From an uncultured Candidatus Binatia bacterium (GTDB lineage: Bacteria > Desulfobacterota > Binatia > UBA9968 > JAJDTQ01), in the NCBI GenBank assembly GCA_964291295.2, contig OZ219754.1, positions 3,200,001-3,264,000 on the forward strand: DNA of 64,000 bases, given 5' to 3'. The notes below the pieces were generated by a model. That model saw only the letters and a program-made list of their open reading frames with translations, was not told where the DNA came from and made no database searches. The position numbers were made by a program, and so were the translations under genes. Positions 57,688-64,000 of this stretch are shown one piece after another; the stretch's first letter is position 1; each line of letters opens with the position of its first letter.

Positions 57688-58078
57688 GGGCCTGCTTCCG
57701 CGTCCACCCTCTCGCCCTGCCGCCGATACGGGGTTGCCGGCATCCTCGTGAGCCACGGGCCTGCAACCCCGCGGCTCGTAATCCCCGCGGCAATGACGGA
57801 CGCCGTGTACCTTACGTCTGTATTACGAATCCGTGACATTCTCAACCGAACCGGCGCCTCGAAGCGCGCCGTGCGCGGCGGGGTCCGCGTGCTCTCCGCG
57901 TACTGTTTCGCCCGCACCCGCCACCGGCCGTCGATGTCGGCCGTCTTCTGGCCACCGGTTGCGTCGTCGGTCCGGTCGGCGTCGTCATGATCGCAGTCCC
58001 GTCAAGGAGCAGGCCACCGGCGCCGCCCGCATGATGCGGGCGCTCGGGGCATGCCGAGGGCCGCCCGTTGCCGGCGAC

Positions 58079-58116
58079 CGGATTCGCGTGCATATTCGGA
58101 TTCGCGTGCATATTCG
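58079..58116. repeat. Perfect 18-bp tandem duplication
   Basis: CGGATTCGCGTGCATATT x2. Confidence 0.85.
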
Positions 58117-58183
58117 TCACGTGCCGCGGACAACACCGTCGTCACCTGCCGCAGGCAACACCCACAACCCGGAGGACCGCACC

Positions 58184-59281
58184 ATGGCGCAAGCCGCGAC
58201 TCTCGACGAGATCAAGGACCGCATTCGCAAGCGCGTGGGGAGGCGCAGCCCGTTCCACCTCATGGACCCGGCCGAAGCCGAAGGCGTGCTGGCGGGCCTG
58301 AACAGCCTCGATCCGGACCCCTGGGCCGAAGCCTGGAGCCGGCCCGGCGCACGCTGGGAACAGACCGCCATGGAAGCGGAGGAAAAGGGCCGGGCGGGCG
58401 ACGCCGTGAAAGCCTGGTTCCAGGCCGCCGCCTACTACGGCGCCGGACGGCACCCCTTCCCCAGCTCCGCCGGAAAACGGGAAGCCTATCGCAAGACCAT
58501 CGAGAGTTACCTGGCCGCCGCCCGCCACTTCGACCCGCCGCTGGAGCGCGTCGCCCTGCCCCTGCGCGACCGGGAGGTGGTGGGGTACCTGCGCCTTCCC
58601 GCCCGGAGGCCGGCGCCGCTGATCATGCACTGGGGCGGCATCGACAACTGGAAGGAGGAGCGTCACAGCTTCGTGGAGGCCATGCTGGCAGAAGGCTGGG
58701 GGTGCTTCATCATGGACAGTCCGGGCACCGGGGAAGCGCCGGTACCCGCCTCCGACACCGCCGACGAGGTCTACCGCGTGGCGCTGGATCATCTGGTGAC
58801 CCGGCCGGAAGTGGACCCGGACCGCATCGCCGCCCTGGGCGCCAGCTTCGGCGGTTACTGGTCCACCAAGCTGGCCCACGCGGAGCCGGAGCGCCTTCGC
58901 GCCGCGGTCAACTGGGGCGGCGGCATACACGGCTTCTTCCAGCCCGACTGGCAGCAGCGTTCCCGCAACGCCTCCTCCTACCTGTTCGACCTCATCGAAG
59001 CCCGAGCCAACCTGTTCGGCAAGCGGACCTTCGAAGAGCTGTGCGAGGTGATGCCCATCCTGTCCCTCAAGAACCAGGGCCTCCTCGACAAGCCCTGCGC
59101 GCCCCTGCTGCTGGTCAATGGCAAGGACGACCTCCAGGTCCCCATCGAGGACTTCTTCATGCTGCTGGAGTGCGGCAGCCCCAAGGCCATGCGCCTCTTT
59201 CCGGGCGGCCACATGGGCGAGTCGCCGGACGTGTTCCCGACGATCCTGCGGTGGCTGCACCGGGAACTGGACAGCCCGTGA
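58184..59281 (+). CDS. Alpha/beta hydrolase (FrsA-like)
   Basis: GGIDNWKE, DSPGTG, GASFGG nucleophile elbow, NGKDD, GGHMG. Confidence 0.9.
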   Translation: MAQAATLDEIKDRIRKRVGRRSPFHLMDPAEAEGVLAGLNSLDPDPWAEAWSRPGARWEQTAMEAEEKGRAGDAVKAWFQAAAYYGAGRHPFPSSAGKREAYRKTIESYLAAARHFDPPLERVALPLRDREVVGYLRLPARRPAPLIMHWGGIDNWKEERHSFVEAMLAEGWGCFIMDSPGTGEAPVPASDTADEVYRVALDHLVTRPEVDPDRIAALGASFGGYWSTKLAHAEPERLRAAVNWGGGIHGFFQPDWQQRSRNASSYLFDLIEARANLFGKRTFEELCEVMPILSLKNQGLLDKPCAPLLLVNGKDDLQVPIEDFFMLLECGSPKAMRLFPGGHMGESPDVFPTILRWLHRELDSP

Positions 59282-59306
59282 CAGACCGCGGGCGAGCGCC
59301 CCGGCC

Positions 59307-60944
59307 CTACCCCACCTTCTCCCGCGCCTCCACGATCTTGCGGACCACGGCCTCCACGTCCGCTTCGTCCACGAACGGCGACAGGATGTAGGACTTCAGC
59401 GCGTAGATGGGTTCGCCGTAGCGAGTGCGGCGGTAGCAGTCGGTGGAGGAGATGACGACGCCGCGACCCGCCATGGCTTCGGCGTGGACGTACTCGAAGA
59501 CCTCCCGGTTGAACCCGTTGTGAGCCCGCAGAGTGTCGCGGAAGGCCGGGTCGTCGAACTCCTGGCGCTTGATGGCGAAGGTGTCCACGGACGGCGGATA
59601 GGCGCGGAACAGGGTCACGGTGCCGAAGTTGTCGCGGTTGAGCACGGTGGTGCCTTCCCGTCCTTCGAGGTGTTCGCGCAACAGCTGGGCCATCTCCACG
59701 ATGTGCCCCAACACCACCTGCAGGCCCTGCCGTCCGAACAGGCGATAGTTGGCAATGGCGGCGAGGGGACCGGTGCCGGCCCGGGACGTCTCCAGCGTGT
59801 ACATGCCGGGCCGGTATTCCCCGAAGTGATAGAGGTACGGCATCTGTTCCGGTTCCCGGGCAACCCGCTGCAGGTCGGCGCGGTCCCTGGCCAGCAAGAG
59901 GCTGGAGACGTATGGCGTGAACCCGGTCTTGTGGAAGTCCACGCCGACGGAATCCGCCAGCGACAGATGGCGGATGCGACGGCACGCCCCGGCCAGCGCG
60001 CGCAGCGTGCGCGGCCGGAAACCCAGCGGATTGCCCTCGAAATCGTAGTCGTTGAACACTGCCCACGCCCAGCCGATGACCGCGTCGGCGTGGACGTGCG
60101 GGCGGTAGGCCAGATGGAACTCATCGGCCAGCGCGTCCCGCAACGCGACGATGGTCTCGAGGTCGTCGAGGCCGAAGGAGTCGGTGGTGCCCATGGTGGC
60201 GATGATGGCGGCGATCTTCCTGCCTTCCGCCAGGGCCTTGCGGGCGGCTTCTTCCAGGCGCTTCAGGTCGATCTCGTTGTCCGGGGTGGTGGGCACCGTC
60301 ACCAGGTTCCGGGTACCGAGGCCAAGCCATCCCGCGATGTTGGCGGCGCAGTAGTGGCCGGCATCCGACACCAGGACCACGGCGTCGTCCGATACGCCGT
60401 TGCGGATGGCATCCGGGCAGGCCTTCTCCAGGCCCATCTTCACTCCGTAGAGAGAGGTGCCGGTGCCGCCGAAGGTGAACACGCCGCCGGCTTGTTCCGG
60501 ATCGTAGCCCACCAGTCCCGCGGTCATGCCCGTGGCCTCGACTTCGGCCAGGGCCACCCGCCGGCTGTGCTCGTCCCAGGCGATGTTGGGGTTGTGCAGG
60601 GCCGCCAGCAGCACGCCGATGACGCTGGGAATGGTGGGCGGCGGCACCACGTTCTGCTGCGTGCGCGGGTGGCCGAACAGGGTCATGCCCTGGAGGTAGC
60701 CGACGAGGTCGGCGGTCACCGCCTCCACCGATGACGGTCCCGGCGGCAGGACCGCCGTCCGCGCCGCCTCGAAGTCACCCGCCGTCCGCGCGCCGAGTAT
60801 CGGCAGTTCCGTCTTGAGCGCGTCCACCTGATCGAGGGCGCGCATGATGGAATGGACGAAGTACGAATCGTGGATGGGATCCGACACCGGCTGGGGAAAC
60901 GCCAGCCGCACCTGGTCCAGGATGTCTCGATAGGGTATCGCCAT
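59307..60944 (-). CDS. Group II PLP-dependent decarboxylase
   Basis: FGGTGT, TMGTT, HADA, DFHK (PLP lysine). Confidence 0.92.
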   Translation of the reverse strand: MAIPYRDILDQVRLAFPQPVSDPIHDSYFVHSIMRALDQVDALKTELPILGARTAGDFEAARTAVLPPGPSSVEAVTADLVGYLQGMTLFGHPRTQQNVVPPPTIPSVIGVLLAALHNPNIAWDEHSRRVALAEVEATGMTAGLVGYDPEQAGGVFTFGGTGTSLYGVKMGLEKACPDAIRNGVSDDAVVLVSDAGHYCAANIAGWLGLGTRNLVTVPTTPDNEIDLKRLEEAARKALAEGRKIAAIIATMGTTDSFGLDDLETIVALRDALADEFHLAYRPHVHADAVIGWAWAVFNDYDFEGNPLGFRPRTLRALAGACRRIRHLSLADSVGVDFHKTGFTPYVSSLLLARDRADLQRVAREPEQMPYLYHFGEYRPGMYTLETSRAGTGPLAAIANYRLFGRQGLQVVLGHIVEMAQLLREHLEGREGTTVLNRDNFGTVTLFRAYPPSVDTFAIKRQEFDDPAFRDTLRAHNGFNREVFEYVHAEAMAGRGVVISSTDCYRRTRYGEPIYALKSYILSPFVDEADVEAVVRKIVEAREKVG

Positions 60945-61131
60945 GAAACCGCGTTCCTCGAATCAGTGTGGTGATGGCAGAGCGGAGATGCCCCCGGAGG
61001 TATCCCGCGTCTTCAGTTTACAGGGAAACGGCCAGGTCTCCAGCGACCGGAGCGGCTCCTGGCGGGCGCCCCATACCGCCGCCGACGTCACCGCCCCCGG
61101 GAACGGCCGCCCCGGGGACCGACCTGGCCAG

Positions 61132-61842
61132 CTACCCGAACAGCCCCGACAGCGCATCCACCGACGCGCGCGTGTCGGAAAAGTCCGCCAGGAGCCGATC
61201 CGGTTGCAGCTTCCGGAGTGCTTCCAGGGTATTGTAACGGCCGGTGGCCACCAGCACGCATTTCATGCCATTGGTCCTGGCCGCCTTCAGGTCCCGTGGG
61301 GTGTCGCCGACGATGACGCAGTCGCCGGGTTCCACCGTGAGACCCAGATGGCGGCACCAGCGTTCCAGGGCCATGGCGGGGAGGTCGTTGCGCACCGCGG
61401 AGTCGCTGCCAAAGGCGCCGGGGCCGATGTGTTCGCCCACGCCCGCGGCCTGGAGCTTCAGGCGGGCGGTGACCTCCATGTTGCCGGTGACCACACCGAG
61501 GCAGAGGTCCGGCACGCGGCTCAGTGTGCGCACCAGCTCCGGGACGCCGGGCAGTGCCCGCACACGGGTGGACCCCTCGGAGAGGGCCTGCCGGTAACAG
61601 GCCTCGAGATGCCGCCCGAAGGTCGGCCAGTCCGCCGGACCCCACTCCACCTTTCGACCGGCCGCGTCGAAGATCTCCCGCAGGATCTGAGGATCGGTCT
61701 TGCCGTCCGGGCGCACGGTGCGGATGTCGCCGGGAAAGCCGAAGGTTCGGAGGATCGCCTGATTGAAGGCGATATGGCCGTCCCGGGAACGGAGCAGGGT
61801 GCCGTCGAGATCGAAGAAGACGATTTTGCGCGCGCTGTTCAT
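61132..61842 (-). CDS. HAD-family hydrolase
   Basis: FDLDGTL, GKTD, VTGN, VGDTPRD. Confidence 0.92.
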   Translation of the reverse strand: MNSARKIVFFDLDGTLLRSRDGHIAFNQAILRTFGFPGDIRTVRPDGKTDPQILREIFDAAGRKVEWGPADWPTFGRHLEACYRQALSEGSTRVRALPGVPELVRTLSRVPDLCLGVVTGNMEVTARLKLQAAGVGEHIGPGAFGSDSAVRNDLPAMALERWCRHLGLTVEPGDCVIVGDTPRDLKAARTNGMKCVLVATGRYNTLEALRKLQPDRLLADFSDTRASVDALSGLFG

Positions 61843-61913
61843 CTGGATACGGGAAACGGATGGACATGGGAAACTTATACGTCCGCCGCGCGCTTGGAAA
61901 GGGACGGCCGGAA

Positions 61914-61943
61914 TTGACAACACCACCGGTTCAGGCTACGAAT
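61914..61943 (+). promoter_or_regulatory. Candidate sigma70 promoter for the aminotransferase-serA operon
   Basis: TTGACA-17 nt-TACGAA(T); weak -10. Confidence 0.35.
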
Positions 61944-61953
61944 GGACTGGCAC

Positions 61954-62088
61954 GACCGTGGATGCAGACCGTGGATGCAACCACGAGAGAGTGCCCACGA
62001 GAGAGTGCCCACGAGAGATACCACGAGAGAGTGTGCCTCCAGCCTCTACGGCCTTTACCAGCCCTTGCCAGCCCAGCCTTTACCAGCC
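61954..62088. repeat. Three adjacent tandem-repeat blocks
   Basis: GACCGTGGATGCA x2; CCACGAGAGAGTGC x~4; degenerate CCAGCCTTTA-like units. Confidence 0.85.
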
Positions 62089-62202
62089 AATGGACGGCCG
62101 GCCGTACGCTTGGGTCTCCGTGACGAAGAGGTTCAGGCTGTGCGCGGGCCCTGGCCGGGAAAACGCCTCGCGGTCGTCGACGCGTTCATCGAATGTGAGC
62201 CC

Positions 62203-63348
62203 ATGATCAAGCAATATCTCCTGTCTCCCGGACCGACGCCCATCCCCGACGAAGTGCAGTTGGCGATGGCGCGGACCATGATCCACCACCGGACGCCGGA
62301 GTTCGCCCGGGTTCTTGATGAGGTGCGGCAAGGATTGAAGACCCTGTTCGGCACCCGGAACGACGTGATCGTCCTTGCCTCTTCCGGAACCGGCGCCATG
62401 GAGGCGGCCGCCGCCAATCTCTTCTCGCCGCAAGACAAGGTGATCGTGGTCAACGGCGGCAAGTTCGGCGAACGCTGGCTCCGCATCTGCCGCGCCTTCG
62501 GCCTCGACGTGGCGGAGATCAAGGTCGAGTGGGGCAGGGCCGTGGAGCCCGGTGCGGTGGAGGCGGCGCTGCGGGCGCACCCCGACGCCAGGGGCGTCTT
62601 CATCCAGGCCAGCGAGACCTCCACCACCACGCTGCATCCGGTGCGCGAGATCGCGGCCCTGACCCGCGACCGCGGTCCGCTGCTGGTGGTGGACGGCGTG
62701 ACCGCAGTGGGCGTGCTTTCCGTGCCCATGGACGACTGGGGCATCGATGCCCTGGTGACGGGTTCCCAGAAGGCCCTCATGCTGCCCCCCGGGCTGGCCT
62801 TCATCGGCCTCAGCGACCGCGCGTGGCAGCGGACCCGGGAGACCGCGTCGCCGCGCTTCTACTTCGACCTGGAGAGCGAGCGCAAAGGCCAGGCCAAGGG
62901 CTCCACCGCCTACACACCCGCCGTGTCGCTGGTGTTCGGGCTGTCCGCCGCCCTCAGGTTGATGCGCCAGGAAGGGCTGGACCGGGTCTACGCGCGCCAC
63001 GACCGGATGGCCCGGGCCACCCGCGCGGCCGTAACCGCCATGGGCCTCGAACTGCTGTCGCCGCACGACCCGAGTCCCGCGGCCACGGGCCTGTACCTGC
63101 CTGACGGCGCCGACGGCGACGCCCTGCTCGACTACCTCCGGGCGCGCATGGGGGTTACCCTGGCGGAGGGACAGGACCATTTGCAGGGCAAGGTCATCCG
63201 CATCGCCCACGTGGGCCACATGGGCGCCTTCGACGTGATCGTGGCGGTGAGCGCGCTGGAGATGGCGTTCCGGAAGTTCCACCTCCCGGTGAAGCTGGGT
63301 CGGGGGGTGGCCGCGGCCCAGGAGATCCTGATGGAGGCGCTGGACTGA
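62203..63348 (+). CDS. Class V aminotransferase (serine-pyruvate/alanine-glyoxylate type)
   Basis: PGPT, SSGTGAME, ETST, GSQKA (PLP lysine), RIAHVG. Confidence 0.93.
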   Translation: MIKQYLLSPGPTPIPDEVQLAMARTMIHHRTPEFARVLDEVRQGLKTLFGTRNDVIVLASSGTGAMEAAAANLFSPQDKVIVVNGGKFGERWLRICRAFGLDVAEIKVEWGRAVEPGAVEAALRAHPDARGVFIQASETSTTTLHPVREIAALTRDRGPLLVVDGVTAVGVLSVPMDDWGIDALVTGSQKALMLPPGLAFIGLSDRAWQRTRETASPRFYFDLESERKGQAKGSTAYTPAVSLVFGLSAALRLMRQEGLDRVYARHDRMARATRAAVTAMGLELLSPHDPSPAATGLYLPDGADGDALLDYLRARMGVTLAEGQDHLQGKVIRIAHVGHMGAFDVIVAVSALEMAFRKFHLPVKLGRGVAAAQEILMEALD

Positions 63349-63417
63349 ACCATGGACCGGAACGACCCCCGCGCCGCGCTCGCAAAGGGCGCGGCGAAAA
63401 CCGACAGCGACGGCGGC

Positions 63418-64000
63418 ATGATGAGGGTACTGGTCTCGGACCCGCTTCCCGACCTGGGGCTGGAGGTGTTGCACAACGCGGCGGACGTCGCCGTCGACGT
63501 CCACACCGGACTCGGGCCCCGGGAACTCGAGGAGTGCATCGGTGCATACCACGGCTTGATCATCCGCAGCGGCACCAAGGTAACCGCCAGGGTCATCGAG
63601 GCCGCGCACCGGCTCCGGATCATCGGCCGCGCGGGCGTGGGCGTGGAGAACATCGATGTCACCGCCGCCAGCAGGAAGGGCATCGTGGTGATGAACACGC
63701 CGGGGGGCAACAACGTCACCACCGGCGAGCACACCATCTCGCTCATGCTCGCGCTGGCCCGGCACATTCCCCAGGCGGTGGCCTCGCTCAAGAGCGGCAA
63801 GTGGAACCGTCAGGCGTTCACCGGCGTGGAGGTGTGCAACAAGACCCTGGGGGTTGTCGGACTGGGCAACGTGGGACGCATCGTGGCGGAGCGGGCCCTG
63901 GGCCTGCGCATGAAGGTGCTGGGATACGATCCCTTCATACCGGCCGAGGTGGCCGCGCGCATGGGCGTGGAGACCGTCAGCCTGGACGAGATCTACCGCC
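63418..64000 (+). CDS. serA: D-3-phosphoglycerate dehydrogenase (truncated by window edge)
   Basis: VLVSDP, IIRSGTKV, GRAGVGVENID, VMNTPGGN, GVVGLGNVG. Confidence 0.93.
   Translation, partial: MMRVLVSDPLPDLGLEVLHNAADVAVDVHTGLGPRELEECIGAYHGLIIRSGTKVTARVIEAAHRLRIIGRAGVGVENIDVTAASRKGIVVMNTPGGNNVTTGEHTISLMLALARHIPQAVASLKSGKWNRQAFTGVEVCNKTLGVVGLGNVGRIVAERALGLRMKVLGYDPFIPAEVAARMGVETVSLDEIYR

Noticed and set aside
61948-61966. Sigma54 promoter starting TGGCAC
   Set aside because: The -12 position reads GA instead of GC at the required spacing.
61954-62088. Tandem repeats as a CRISPR array for the cmr operon
   Set aside because: Units are 10-14 bp with no unique spacers.

Overview
High-GC bacterial window, mostly catabolic and housekeeping genes. 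The gene content resembles Binatia/deltaproteobacterial-type genomes (inference only). Main blocks: (1) 0.4-8.6 kb, a minus-strand acyl-CoA catabolic operon containing a hidden UGSC-family selenoprotein (in-frame UGA plus SECIS-like hairpin) that the ORF track splits in two. (2) 9-20 kb, hydrolases and oxygenases interrupted by a 1.64-kb element made of two inverted IS630 3' ends around an rpn nuclease gene with an internal start. (3) glnS-YqeY fusion, ferritin-like gene and VUT transporter. (4) 24.5-33.3 kb, a complete type III-B cmr1-6 operon with an HD-less Cas10 and a CARF-HEPN-CARF Csx1-like effector, but no recognisable array, cas6, cas1 or cas2 in the window. (5) NucS-like nuclease, amidases, transporter, ppx and a sulfatase maturase. 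(6) An operon joining molybdoenzyme chaperones (CoxD/CoxE/XdhC) to flavin-modifying genes (archaeal-type CTP riboflavin kinase, UbiX, two PNPOx-like proteins). (7) An aminotransferase-serA operon. Short 11-18 bp tandem duplications recur across the window. All product calls come from motif recognition by eye; no searches were run.
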